Below are positions 32,377 through 42,339 of a stretch of DNA of 64,000 bases, in pieces; positions within the stretch are counted from its first letter, which is position 1; each line of letters begins with the position of its first letter. The translations under genes were made by a program, and so were the position numbers. This stretch comes from Actinomycetota bacterium. GTDB lineage: Bacteria; Actinomycetota; Aquicultoria; UBA3085; Oleimmundimicrobiaceae. The stretch lies in assembly GCA_030017835.1 (NCBI GenBank), contig JASEGU010000001.1:24341-88340 (forward strand), read 5' to 3'. The notes beneath the pieces are model-generated. The model saw only the letters and a list, made by a program, of their open reading frames with translations. It did no database searches and was not told the origin of the DNA.

Positions 32377-34989
32377 ATGGACGCAATAGTAAGCCACACC
32401 AATATGGACTTTGACTCCTTAGCGGCCATGGTAGCGGCTCAAAAAATATATCCCGATGCGAAAATACTGCTCCCCAAGACCTCTTCAGCCAACGTAAGGC
32501 GCTTCTTAACCCTCCACAGCGACATGATCGATCATATCGAGCTCGAAGAGATCGAAGGCGAAACGGTGGGAAGGATAATCCTGGTTGACACCAGGGCTAT
32601 GGATAGGATCGGTGAAGCGGCAAGGCTGTTCAAAGAGGGCAAGAGCGATCTTATTATCTATGACCATCATCCAAAATCCGACGATGATGTAGATTTCGGG
32701 GATGACCGCTCCAAAGAGGCCGGATCGACGACCACCATTCTGGTGTCGCTCATCAAGGATATGGGGATTCCGATAACCCCCTTTGAGGCCACCCTCTTTG
32801 CCCTCGGCATTCACGAGGATACCGGCTCTCTCACCCATCCTACCTCGACGCCTAAAGATGCCATGGCTATCGCCCACTTAATGGAAGAGGGGGCCGACCC
32901 CGGCGTCATAAACCACTTTTTGAAGTCCGCCTTGACTGACGAGCAGCACGACTTGCTCACAAAGCTCCTTGGGCTGGCAAAAAAACAGACCTTTTTGGGA
33001 CTTGGACTCATCATCATAAAAGTGACCATCGATGAGTATATCGAGGATGCCTCGGTCGTCGTCAGAAAGATTGCCGAGCTTGAGGATGCCGATCTCATCT
33101 TCCTCATGATGGGCGTGGGCGAAAAGAACTACGTGATCGCAAGGAGCAGGCTTGATGAGATCGATGTCGGGCGTGTGATGCAGAGGCTTGGGGGCGGGGG
33201 CCATGCGAACGTGGGCTCGGCGGTGGTCAAGGATATGGGCGCAAAGGAGATAGAAGAGATTATCTTGAGCGAAGTCTCATCTCAGGCAAAGGGCGCTCTC
33301 ACCGCAGGCGATATAATGTCAAAACCTGTCGTTACCATCGGACTCGAGCGGTCCATAAAAGAGGCGGGAGCCCTCATGGCCCGCTACGGTTTTGACGGAC
33401 TCCCCGTCGTAGATGGCGAATCCTACGCCGGGATGATCCTTAGAAGGGACGTAGATAAGGCCGTTCACCACGGGCTCTCTCACGCTCCGGTCAAGGGGTT
33501 TCTCTCCTCTTTTAGGGGGAGTGTGGACCCAAAGACCCTGGCGAGCGAGGTTGAAAGGATGATGACCAGATCTACCGGGAAGATCCCCGTCCTTGATAAG
33601 GGGCAAATCGTCGGAATAATCACCCGGAGCAACATAATCTCGTCTTTGAGAAGCGGGAGGTTTTCTGCACTTGAGGGCGATGAGCTTGATGGAAGGATGA
33701 GCAGAGAGAGGATAATCGAATCGATCGCCGGCATCCTCTCCGAAAGCACCATCCTCCTCATAAAAGAGATCGGAAAGATGGCCGACTCAAATGGACACGG
33801 CTGCTATCTCGTCGGCGGCTTCGTCCGCGATCTCTTCTTAAAGAGGGAGAATCTCGATATCGACATCGTGGTCGAAGGTGACGCACTCTCCTTCTCCGAG
33901 GCGGTGGCCAAAAAGCTTGGCGGCCGGGTAAAATTGCACAAAAAATTTAGGACCGCGATATTCATCACCAAAGCGGGTCAGAGGATAGACTTCGCTTCTG
34001 CCCGCTTTGAGCACTACGATTACCCGGCCGCCCTGCCCAGGGTGGAGCCCTCATCGATAATCTACGACCTCTCTCGCAGGGATTTCACCATCAATTCGAT
34101 GGCGATTAAGATAAACGAGAAGGATTTTGGCGAGCTGCTCGATCCGTTTGGGGGGATTCACGATCTAAAGGAGGGGCGGCTCAAGGTGCTCCACGCCTTA
34201 AGTTTCATCGAGGATCCAACCCGAATTTTTAGGGCCGCCCGTTTTGAACGCAGATTCGATCTTAGAATGGATGAGGCAGCCGAGCTTCTGGCCAAAAAAG
34301 CAGCCGAGCTTGGCGTGATAGAGAGGCTCAGTTCGGCGAGGCTGACCTATGAACTGATCCAGGTCCTGTCCGAACCTGACCCCTACATCCTGATCGCTCG
34401 CCTTTTCGAGCTCAAGGCGCTCAAGGCTATACATCCGAGGATAAAAGTCGGCTCCGGCCCAAGGGGGCTCTTTTCAAGAATTCAAAGATCGCTCGAGATA
34501 CTCAAAACGGCCATGGATCCAAAGGCCAAAAGATGGCTCCCCTATATGATGACCCTCCTCTATGGACTTACCCAGGAAGAGATCGACCACTTTCTCTTAA
34601 AAATGGATTTCTCCAGAGCTGATAAGGAGAGCATATCCAGAGCCATCTTAAGCGGGCAAGATATCATAAAGGAGTTATCTGCAAAGAGCATCAAAGATAG
34701 CGAGATCTATTTGACCCTAGAGAGGTTTGGGATTGAGGCGCTGATATTTCTACATGCCTTGAGCGAAAATCGCCAGGCAAAAGAGAGGATCCTCCGCTTC
34801 CAGATGGAGCTCAAATCGGTAAAGCCGAACCTTTCAGGCAAGGATCTCATCGAGCTAGGATTTGAGGAGTCTCCGTTGTATAATCTGGTCCTTAGACGGC
34901 TTCTTCTGCTTCGTCTCGACTCCAAGTTGCTGGGTAGAAAGAGCGAGATAGAATTCGCAAAGAAATTTTTCGAAAGTGAGGGGGTTTGA
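32377..34989 (+). CDS. DHH-DHHA1-CBS-tRNA nucleotidyltransferase (CCA- or A-adding) fusion
   Basis: HTNMDFD, DHH, GGGGH, CBS pair, then GGFVRD..DID, RRDFTINSMA, EDPTRIFR. Confidence 0.88.
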   Translation: MDAIVSHTNMDFDSLAAMVAAQKIYPDAKILLPKTSSANVRRFLTLHSDMIDHIELEEIEGETVGRIILVDTRAMDRIGEAARLFKEGKSDLIIYDHHPKSDDDVDFGDDRSKEAGSTTTILVSLIKDMGIPITPFEATLFALGIHEDTGSLTHPTSTPKDAMAIAHLMEEGADPGVINHFLKSALTDEQHDLLTKLLGLAKKQTFLGLGLIIIKVTIDEYIEDASVVVRKIAELEDADLIFLMMGVGEKNYVIARSRLDEIDVGRVMQRLGGGGHANVGSAVVKDMGAKEIEEIILSEVSSQAKGALTAGDIMSKPVVTIGLERSIKEAGALMARYGFDGLPVVDGESYAGMILRRDVDKAVHHGLSHAPVKGFLSSFRGSVDPKTLASEVERMMTRSTGKIPVLDKGQIVGIITRSNIISSLRSGRFSALEGDELDGRMSRERIIESIAGILSESTILLIKEIGKMADSNGHGCYLVGGFVRDLFLKRENLDIDIVVEGDALSFSEAVAKKLGGRVKLHKKFRTAIFITKAGQRIDFASARFEHYDYPAALPRVEPSSIIYDLSRRDFTINSMAIKINEKDFGELLDPFGGIHDLKEGRLKVLHALSFIEDPTRIFRAARFERRFDLRMDEAAELLAKKAAELGVIERLSSARLTYELIQVLSEPDPYILIARLFELKALKAIHPRIKVGSGPRGLFSRIQRSLEILKTAMDPKAKRWLPYMMTLLYGLTQEEIDHFLLKMDFSRADKESISRAILSGQDIIKELSAKSIKDSEIYLTLERFGIEALIFLHALSENRQAKERILRFQMELKSVKPNLSGKDLIELGFEESPLYNLVLRRLLLLRLDSKLLGRKSEIEFAKKFFESEGV

Positions 34990-35621
34990 GCTTGCAGTTT
35001 GTCTTGAACATCTTGATATATATGCTGGTCATTATCCCATCACTCACTCTTCACGAGTATATGCATGGGCGGGTGGCCTATGCCCTGGGAGATGATACCG
35101 CTCGCAATTTGGGTCGTTTGACCTTAAATCCCATCTCGCATATCGATCCCTTGGGAACGATAGCGGTCCCCCTCATGCTGAGTTTGGCCGGCGCCCCCGT
35201 GATAGGTTGGGCAAAGCCGGTTCCGGTCAATCCCTACCGATTTGAAGATCCAAGGCGGGCCATGATGCTAACCGGGGCCGCCGGCCCACTGACCAACCTG
35301 ATCATCGCCTTTTTTGCCGGGCTTCTCATCAGAAGCGGCCTATTTGCCCTTGGCAGCGTCGCCTTCGATTACTTTTTCATCCTCTGCTACATCAATATCG
35401 TGCTTGCCATGTTTAACTCGGTCCCGGTTCCACCCCTGGACGGCTCCAGGGTAATATCGGGCCTTTTGCCAAGGGAGATGGCCGCAAAATATAATCATCT
35501 TCAAGATTACGGGATGGCCATAATATTCCTCCTGATATTCGTCTTTGGGGCGCTTTTCTGGGAGGTACTTAGCGTCTTCATAAATTTCTTTCTACGCCTT
35601 TTTACCTGGGGCTTATTCTGA
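34986..35621 (+). CDS. Site-2 protease (M50 family)
   Basis: HEYMH, GRLTLNP, AGPLTN, NSVPVPPLDG. Confidence 0.92.
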   Translation: MSLQFVLNILIYMLVIIPSLTLHEYMHGRVAYALGDDTARNLGRLTLNPISHIDPLGTIAVPLMLSLAGAPVIGWAKPVPVNPYRFEDPRRAMMLTGAAGPLTNLIIAFFAGLLIRSGLFALGSVAFDYFFILCYINIVLAMFNSVPVPPLDGSRVISGLLPREMAAKYNHLQDYGMAIIFLLIFVFGALFWEVLSVFINFFLRLFTWGLF

Positions 35622-35643
35622 TGAGTCATAAGGAGAGATCAAT

Positions 35644-36621
35644 TTGAGAAAGAGGGTCTTGAGCGGGAACCGTCCGACCGGCAAGCTTCACATCGGCCAT
35701 TATCACGGGGCACTTAAGAGCTGGATAAAGTTGCAGGACGAATATGACTGCTTCTTCTTCGTTGCCGATTGGCATGCGCTTACCACCAAGTATGATGAGA
35801 CGGAAAATTTAAATGAAGATACCATCGACATGGTGATCGACTGGCTCGCCATGGGTTTAGATCCCAAGAAATGTACCATCTATCGGCAGTCCGATCTGCC
35901 TCAAGTAGCCGAGCTTGCCCTCTATCTTTCGATGATAACCCCCATCTCCTGGCTGGAGAGGTGTCCGACTTACAAGGAGATGATTCAGGAGATATCGAAG
36001 AAGGATATCGCAACCCATGGCTTTCTGGGCTACCCCGTTCTTCAGACCGCAGACATCGTGATCTGTCACGGCGAGATAGTTCCGGTTGGCGAGGATCAGC
36101 TGCCACACTTAGAACTCGCAAGGGAGATAGTCAGGCGCTATAACCATATTTATGGGGAGTGCTTCACCGAGCCGAAGGCACTTCTGACCGAGGCTAAACG
36201 GGTCCTTGGTACCGATGGTCGCAAGATGAGCAAGAGTTACGGAAACGATATCAAGCTCAGCGACCCTCCAGATCTCATTAAATCAAAGATTATGGAGATG
36301 ATAACCGATCCGGCCAGGATCAGGCGGGACGACCCGGGCCATCCCGAAGTCTGTCTCGTTTTTAACCTCCACAGGGTCTATAGCCCGGATATCTCGGATA
36401 TCGAAGAGAAATGTATAGCCGGCAAGAGGGGTTGCGTTGAGTGTAAATCCATGCTGGCCGAGCGGGTCGCGGACTCGCTCGGCCCGTTTAGGGAGAGGAG
36501 AGGCGAGATAGAGAAGGATCCCTCTCTGATCCTGAGCGTCTTAAAGGATGGGGCCGAGAAGGCCGCCCCCATCGCTAAAAAGATCCTAAGCGAGGTTAGA
36601 AGGGGCATAAATATAGAATGA
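35644..36621 (+). CDS. trpS: Tryptophanyl-tRNA synthetase
   Basis: RPTGKLHIGH, YPVLQTADI, VPVGEDQ, KMSKS. Confidence 0.96.
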   Translation: MRKRVLSGNRPTGKLHIGHYHGALKSWIKLQDEYDCFFFVADWHALTTKYDETENLNEDTIDMVIDWLAMGLDPKKCTIYRQSDLPQVAELALYLSMITPISWLERCPTYKEMIQEISKKDIATHGFLGYPVLQTADIVICHGEIVPVGEDQLPHLELAREIVRRYNHIYGECFTEPKALLTEAKRVLGTDGRKMSKSYGNDIKLSDPPDLIKSKIMEMITDPARIRRDDPGHPEVCLVFNLHRVYSPDISDIEEKCIAGKRGCVECKSMLAERVADSLGPFRERRGEIEKDPSLILSVLKDGAEKAAPIAKKILSEVRRGINIE

Positions 36622-36662
36622 GGCCTCCTTTCATCATCTGGCTACCTGGAGAATGAAATAGT

Positions 36663-37436
36663 ATGACTTATGAGATTAAGATAGATGTCTTCGAGGGTCC
36701 CTTCGATCTTTTGTTGAATCTAATTCTCAAGCATGAAGTAGACATCTACGACGTTCCGATAGCCACCATAACCGAGGAGTATCTCTCCTACATCGAAAGG
36801 CTCCAAGCGGTCGATCTGGAGTCGGCTAGCGGATTTCTTCTGGTCGCTTCGACCCTCCTTGAGCTGAAATCGGCAACCCTTCTGCCCAAGCGGATCGAAG
36901 AGGAGTCAGGCGATGATGATGAGCTCTCGCCCGAAGATGTCAAAGAGAACCTGATAGCCAGGCTCATCAAGTATAAGAAGTTCAAAAACGCCTCCTTGAG
37001 TCTTGCGGCCCGCTATGAACTCGAGAGCAGGTACTACAAGAGGGAAGCGGGCTTAGAGGAGAGATTTTTGCGTCTCATACCAGATCTTATGGAGGGGGTG
37101 ACCGCCGAGGATCTGGCCGGTGCCATCGCCAAAATCCTGGCCAAAAAGAACGCTTTTGCCATAGACACCACGCATATAATCGCACAACCCATCAGTTTGG
37201 ATGAGATCACTCAGGCCATCAGAAAAAAGTTCGCCCTTAAAAGGGAATGGACTTTTCACGAGCTGACGAGCGGCTGCGAAAGCCGGCCAGAGATAGTCGC
37301 CTATTTTCTGGCCATCTTAGATCTCTTCAAGGAGGATATCATCGAGGTGACTCAGGCGATAAATTTCGGCGAGATAGGCTTGATCCTTCGGTCCGATAAA
37401 AGCCCAGAAAGCATAGAGGCTGCATATGGTCGATAA
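36663..37436 (+). CDS. scpA: Segregation and condensation protein A
   Basis: FEGPFDLLL.LI, LKS..LLP, FLAILDL. Confidence 0.92.
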   Translation: MTYEIKIDVFEGPFDLLLNLILKHEVDIYDVPIATITEEYLSYIERLQAVDLESASGFLLVASTLLELKSATLLPKRIEEESGDDDELSPEDVKENLIARLIKYKKFKNASLSLAARYELESRYYKREAGLEERFLRLIPDLMEGVTAEDLAGAIAKILAKKNAFAIDTTHIIAQPISLDEITQAIRKKFALKREWTFHELTSGCESRPEIVAYFLAILDLFKEDIIEVTQAINFGEIGLILRSDKSPESIEAAYGR

Positions 37437-37995
37437 TCTACAGGGAATAATCGAGGCTCTCCTATTCGTTGCCGAAGAGCCGCTCTCCTTAAAGAAGCTC
37501 GTCAAGGTGACCGGATTCTCTGCGGCTCAAATAGAGAAGGTCATCGAAGAGATTCAAGCTTCTCTTAGTGACCAAGAGAGCGGAATACAACTCAGGAGAC
37601 TTGCCGGCGGCTATCGGCTCTACACCCATCCCGGTTATGCCGAATACGTCGAAAACCTGGTCCTTTCGGCCGACTATCGCAAACTCAGCCAAGCTTCACT
37701 TGAGACCCTTGCTATAATCGCCTACCGTCAGCCCATTACCAGACTCAACATAAACGCCATTCGGGGGGTCAACTCCTCGGGAGCCATCGCCTCCCTCATC
37801 GAGAGGAGCCTGGTCATCGAGGTCGGTCGCGAGCGCGGCCCCGGCCAGCCAATCCTGTATGGCACAACCAAGCTATTCTTGGAAAACTTCGGCTTAAACT
37901 CCCTTCAAGATCTTCCACCCATAATCGATTTTGTTCCGGATGAGGCCGTCGTCGATCAGCTTCAACTGAAACTTAACGACCGAAAGTCTGGATGA
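37426..37995 (+). CDS. scpB: Segregation and condensation protein B
   Basis: IEALLF, LSQASLETLAIIAYRQPIT, IRGV, YGTT..FL..FGL. Confidence 0.95.
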   Translation: MVDNLQGIIEALLFVAEEPLSLKKLVKVTGFSAAQIEKVIEEIQASLSDQESGIQLRRLAGGYRLYTHPGYAEYVENLVLSADYRKLSQASLETLAIIAYRQPITRLNINAIRGVNSSGAIASLIERSLVIEVGRERGPGQPILYGTTKLFLENFGLNSLQDLPPIIDFVPDEAVVDQLQLKLNDRKSG

Positions 37996-38013
37996 GAAGG
38001 AGAATTAATCAAT

Positions 38014-38751
38014 TTGACCAAGAAGGTTGAACAGGCAAGGCTCCAGAAGGTTCTGGCTGAAGCGGGCCTTGGCTCCAGGAGAAAGTGCGAGGAGTTGATA
38101 GCCTCCGGACGGGTCAAGGTGAATGGGGCGGTCGTGAGTGAGCTTGGCTCAAGGGTCGATCCCTTAAAAGATGAGGTCGAGGTGGATGGGGTACGGATAG
38201 GGAGCCCCCCGAAGGTCTATTTCGCCATGAACAAACCGAGGGGCTATCTCACCACCATGAGCGATCCCTTTGGGCGGCCGACCGTAAAGGACCTCTTAAG
38301 CGGCGACTTCCGCCTGTTTCCGGTCGGCCGCCTCGATCAAGATAGCGAGGGTCTTCTCATATTGACCAACGATGGCGAGCTGGCCAATCGGCTTATGCAT
38401 CCGAGTTTCAAAGTGCTAAAGATCTATGAAGTCGAGGTCCTCGGCTTCCCAAGTGAAACCGACTTAAATTCCTTAAGGGAGGGCATCGAATTAGATGGGC
38501 GCCTTACCGCTTTGGCCACGGTGGAAGAACTCGCCGTTACAGAAGAGGGGGCACTTTATCGCGTAGGACTGCGCGAGGGGAGAAAGCGCCAACTAAGAAG
38601 GATGTTCGACTCCATCGGTCACGGCGTCATCTCGCTTAAGCGGACGGACTACGGGCCGCTATCGCTTCGGGCAATAAAGCCGAAGGGGGTGCGGCCCTTA
38701 AGCGAGCTCGAGGTGGACGCCCTAAAGAGGGCCGTAAAACTATCGGAATGA
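38014..38751 (+). CDS. rluB: 23S rRNA pseudouridine synthase (RsuA/RluB family)
   Basis: S4 domain RLQKVLA..G.GSRR, VGRLD.DSEGL, EGRKRQLRRM; follows scpB. Confidence 0.85.
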   Translation: MTKKVEQARLQKVLAEAGLGSRRKCEELIASGRVKVNGAVVSELGSRVDPLKDEVEVDGVRIGSPPKVYFAMNKPRGYLTTMSDPFGRPTVKDLLSGDFRLFPVGRLDQDSEGLLILTNDGELANRLMHPSFKVLKIYEVEVLGFPSETDLNSLREGIELDGRLTALATVEELAVTEEGALYRVGLREGRKRQLRRMFDSIGHGVISLKRTDYGPLSLRAIKPKGVRPLSELEVDALKRAVKLSE

Positions 38752-38766
38752 GCCGGTTACATTAAT

Positions 38767-38795
38767 TTGACTTTAAATCGCCCTTTAAGTATAAT
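38767..38795 (+). promoter_or_regulatory. Sigma70-type promoter for the cobalamin operon
   Basis: TTGACT-17 bp-TATAAT directly upstream of the riboswitch. Confidence 0.75.
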
Positions 38796-38813
38796 TCTTA
38801 AAAATTCATAGCG

Positions 38814-38968
38814 ATTAGGCTATAAGGGAAGGCCGTGAAATTCGGCCACGGGCCCGCCACTGTAACCGCCAAGTTAGCTGCAAGCCGATGGCTTCGGTTA
38901 TATCCACTGTCAATTTTGATGGGAAGGAGCAGCAAGCGTCGAAGCGGAAGTCAGGATACCTGCCTAAT
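38814..38968 (+). ncRNA. Cobalamin (AdoCbl) riboswitch
   Basis: P1 ATTAGGC/GCCTAAT, AAGGGAA, GGCCG-TGAAAT-TCGGCC, CCCGCCACTGTAA, CCACTG...GGGAAGG, B12 box AAGTCAGGATACCTGCC; upstream of btuFCD-cob genes. Confidence 0.93.
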
Positions 38969-39009
38969 GTTGACGCACCTTCGTGGAACAAGGCCGATCT
39001 TATCGATCT

Positions 39010-39035
39010 TCCCCAACGAAGTTTGGGGATTTTTT
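39010..39035 (+). terminator. Riboswitch expression-platform terminator
   Basis: TCCCCAA-cgaagt-TTGGGGA hairpin followed by T6, between aptamer and btuF. Confidence 0.75.
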
Positions 39036-39070
39036 GTTTCTAACCACTGACAAGGAGAGTTGAAATTATT

Positions 39071-39994
39071 ATGCGGAATTCAAAACTTATTTTTACGATG
39101 CTTTCCCTGATTATGGCGGCTAATCTATTGGGTTGCGCCGCTCTCAAAAAAGAGCCTTCTAAAGAGGGGGCCAGCCCGGCGGTCTCGATGACCGATGATC
39201 TCTCCAGGCAGGTCTCATTGAGCGGCGAGGTTAAGAGGATAATCTCGCTTGCTCCCAGCAACACCGAGATTCTTTTCTCTCTAGGCCTGGGCGATAAGGT
39301 GATTGCGGTGACGGACTTCTGCGACTACCCCAAAGAGGCTCTTGGCAAGGATAAGATAGGCGGCTTTTCGGAGCCGAACGTCGAAAAGATAATCGAACTT
39401 GAGCCGGATCTCATCCTTGCAACGGGCATGCACGAAAAATATATCGAGCAATTTGATGAGCTTGGGCTGACGACCTTTGTCTTGGATCCAAAGAGAATCA
39501 GCGATATTTTGGCCGCCATCGAGAGGGTTGGAAAGCTTACGGCCAAAGAGGAGCGGGCGAAGGAGTTGGTCTCGGGGATGAGGGAGAAGCTTGCTGAGAT
39601 CGATGAGAAGCTCTCCTCGCTTAAGGATGAGGAGAGGCCGCTCACCTACTACGAAATCTGGAACGATCCAATAATGACGGTCGGCTCAAACAGCCTGATC
39701 GGCGAGGCAGTCACAAAGGCCGGAGCAAAGAGCATCGGAGATGGACTGGCCGGAGAGTATCCAAAGATCAGCCTGGAGGTTTTGGTCGAGAAGGATCCCA
39801 AGATAATCATAGCCCCCAAGGGGAGCATGGGTGATCCCAAATCCATCTCAGAGCGGAAAGGCTGGGAGAATATATCGGCCGTAAAGGAAGGAAGGGTCTT
39901 CGTCGTCGATGAGGATGTGCTGGTCAGGTTCGGCCCCAGGATCGTCGATGGCATCTATGAAATGGCCAAATTGATCCATCCTGACCGCTTTTAA
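39071..39994 (+). CDS. btuF: Cobalamin ABC transporter substrate-binding lipoprotein
   Basis: Lipobox LLGC, RIISLAPSNTEILF, NVEKII.L.PDL, R.GPRI; under B12 riboswitch. Confidence 0.88.
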   Translation: MRNSKLIFTMLSLIMAANLLGCAALKKEPSKEGASPAVSMTDDLSRQVSLSGEVKRIISLAPSNTEILFSLGLGDKVIAVTDFCDYPKEALGKDKIGGFSEPNVEKIIELEPDLILATGMHEKYIEQFDELGLTTFVLDPKRISDILAAIERVGKLTAKEERAKELVSGMREKLAEIDEKLSSLKDEERPLTYYEIWNDPIMTVGSNSLIGEAVTKAGAKSIGDGLAGEYPKISLEVLVEKDPKIIIAPKGSMGDPKSISERKGWENISAVKEGRVFVVDEDVLVRFGPRIVDGIYEMAKLIHPDRF

Positions 39995-40030
39995 GGCCGC
40001 TTTGGATATCCACATGGTGGGAATAAAATT

Positions 40031-41071
40031 GTGAAACAAAAGAGAGGGGGGCGAAGCGCTCTTCTTGCATTATTGATCTTAATCTTGCTTGCAACCTGCG
40101 CAGTTGCCGCTTCGATTGGAGCCGTAAGGATTCCCCTTGGCGAGCTGATCGGGCTGCTTAAAGGATTGATATCACCCCAAGCGACCCTCAAAACTCCTTA
40201 TGGAACAGATTACGCTACCATCTTTTTTAAGATAAGGCTGGTCAGGATCTCTTTAGCTGTGTTGGTCGGTGCCTCACTCTCGGTTTCGGGCGTCGTCTAT
40301 CAAGGGATATTTAAAAATCCGATGGCCGATCCCTATATAATCGGGGTCTCCTCGGGAGCGGCCCTTGGGGCGACGATAGCGGCCTTGCTCGTAAGGAGCG
40401 GGTCGATATTTGGCTTTTCGATCATGGCCTCCTTTGCCTTCATCTTTGCGACCCTTGCCGTTTTTGTGATCTATAAGATGGCCGAACGGTCAGGCAGGAT
40501 TCCGGTCGAAACGCTCCTTCTGGCCGGAATAGCCCTCGGCGCCCTCTTTCATGCCTTGACCTCTTTTATCATGGTCATCGGAAGCCGCGATCTCCACCTC
40601 ATCATCTACTGGCTGATGGGAGGATTCTCATCAAAGGGATGGGACCATGTCCTTGTACTCTTGCCATTCATCCTTGTTGGCTTGCCCTTCATATACTTTA
40701 ACTCTCGTGAACTCAACCTCCTCCTCCTCGGCGAAGAGAGGGCCGGTCAGCTTGGCATCGAGGTTGAGAGGGTTAAACGTGGTCTCATAATCGCCTCCTC
40801 TCTGCTGACCGCGGCGGCCGTCTCGGTCGGCGGAATAATCGGTTTTGTGGGTCTCATCGTACCCCACAGCGTCAGACTGTTAACCGGACCCGACCATAAG
40901 ATTTTAATTCCGGCCTCAGCCCTTGTCGGCGCCATCTTCTTGGTCCTTTCGGACCTCTTGGCCCGGGTGGTCATAGCTCCGACCGAGATGCCGCTCGGAA
41001 TAATCACCGCCCTCTTCGGGGCGCCATTCTTCGTCTATCTCTTGAGAAAAAGAAGGGGGGTTATCATCTGA
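40031..41071 (+). CDS. btuC: Cobalamin ABC transporter permease (FecCD family)
   Basis: NPMADPYIIGVSSGA, LGEERA..LG, IGFVGLIVPH. Confidence 0.88.
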   Translation: MKQKRGGRSALLALLILILLATCAVAASIGAVRIPLGELIGLLKGLISPQATLKTPYGTDYATIFFKIRLVRISLAVLVGASLSVSGVVYQGIFKNPMADPYIIGVSSGAALGATIAALLVRSGSIFGFSIMASFAFIFATLAVFVIYKMAERSGRIPVETLLLAGIALGALFHALTSFIMVIGSRDLHLIIYWLMGGFSSKGWDHVLVLLPFILVGLPFIYFNSRELNLLLLGEERAGQLGIEVERVKRGLIIASSLLTAAAVSVGGIIGFVGLIVPHSVRLLTGPDHKILIPASALVGAIFLVLSDLLARVVIAPTEMPLGIITALFGAPFFVYLLRKRRGVII

Positions 41072-42339
41072 TGTGCGCTCCCGCTCTCCTTGTCGAGAAC
41101 TTAAGCTTCGGATATCAGCCAAAAGATGATTTGGTCTTGGCCCTCGATCTTCGGATCGACCCGGGCGAATTCGTCGGACTCATCGGACCGAACGGCTCAG
41201 GCAAGACCACTCTTATTGGGCTGCTCTCACGCTCGCTCGCTCCCAAGGGACTGATCGAGGTGAATGGCGATGATACGGGGGCTTTGACCGCAAAGGAGAT
41301 GGCAAGACGGATTGCAGTGGTTCCTCAAAGCCTCGACATCTCCTTCTCCTTTAACGTGCGGGAGTTGGTGGCCATGGGAAGGACTCCTCATCTTAAGAGG
41401 TTCGAAGGGGAGAGGCCGGCTGACCGCTTGGCCATAGAGAAGGCCATGAAGGCGACCCGAATCGGCGATCTTGCTAATCGCAAGGTCAAAGAGCTCTCGG
41501 GCGGCGAGATCCAGAGGGTGATAATCGCTCAAGCCCTGGCTCAGGAGGCGGGAATCCTTCTTCTTGATGAACCCACGGCTCATCTCGATATCGGCTATCA
41601 ACTCGAGATAATGGAGCTCATAAGTGAGCTGAGCGAGGGCGGGATAACCGTCCTTGCCGTCATCCACGACCTCAATCTGGCTGCCGCCTATTTTAAGAGG
41701 CTCGTCTTTTTGAGGGATGGCCGGGTGATCGCCGATGGCCCCACCGAAGAGGTCTTTAACTCTGCCAACATCCAGCAAACCTTTTCCACCCCAAATGTCG
41801 TTCACAAGAACCCGATGACGGGCCGCCTCTTTACCACTCTAAGCGGCGCCTTGGGGCCAGAGGGCGCTCAAAAAAGGGGGAGGATTCATATAATTTCAGG
41901 AAGTGGCAGCGGGGCCGCCATCATGAAAGAGTTGAGCCATCAAGGCTACAACCTCTCGGCCGGTGTCTTGAATGTATTAGATAGCGATGAGGAGGCGGCA
42001 AGGAGCTTAGGAATCATCACGGCTCTGGAGGCTCCCTTCTCCTCTATTTCGAAGGAGGCCTTTGTGGTCAACAAGGAGCTCGTCGATGAGAGCAAGGTCG
42101 TGATCATCTCAAACGTCTGCGTAGGAAAGGGCAACTTCAAAAATCTCATCTTCTTACAACTTGCCTTAAGGGCGGGCAAGAGAGTGATCATAGTCGAGGA
42201 GACGCCCATCGAAGAGAGGGATTTCGTTGGCGGCCGCTTTAAGGATCTGACGGGCGAGCTGATAAGAGAGGGCGCCGTAAGGGTTGGAGGTAGGGCCGAG
42301 CTTATGGAGGTTCTAAAATCTTGGGGGGAATTCGTTTGA
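41071..42339 (+). CDS. btuD: Cobalamin ABC transporter ATPase with ~155-aa C-terminal extension
   Basis: GPNGSGKT, LSGGE, LLLDEPT, HDLN; additional C-terminal domain. Confidence 0.85.
   Translation: MCAPALLVENLSFGYQPKDDLVLALDLRIDPGEFVGLIGPNGSGKTTLIGLLSRSLAPKGLIEVNGDDTGALTAKEMARRIAVVPQSLDISFSFNVRELVAMGRTPHLKRFEGERPADRLAIEKAMKATRIGDLANRKVKELSGGEIQRVIIAQALAQEAGILLLDEPTAHLDIGYQLEIMELISELSEGGITVLAVIHDLNLAAAYFKRLVFLRDGRVIADGPTEEVFNSANIQQTFSTPNVVHKNPMTGRLFTTLSGALGPEGAQKRGRIHIISGSGSGAAIMKELSHQGYNLSAGVLNVLDSDEEAARSLGIITALEAPFSSISKEAFVVNKELVDESKVVIISNVCVGKGNFKNLIFLQLALRAGKRVIIVEETPIEERDFVGGRFKDLTGELIREGAVRVGGRAELMEVLKSWGEFV

Noticed and set aside
38835..39050. 71-aa + strand ORF
   Set aside because: Overlaps the cobalamin riboswitch and its terminator; it is a chance reading frame.
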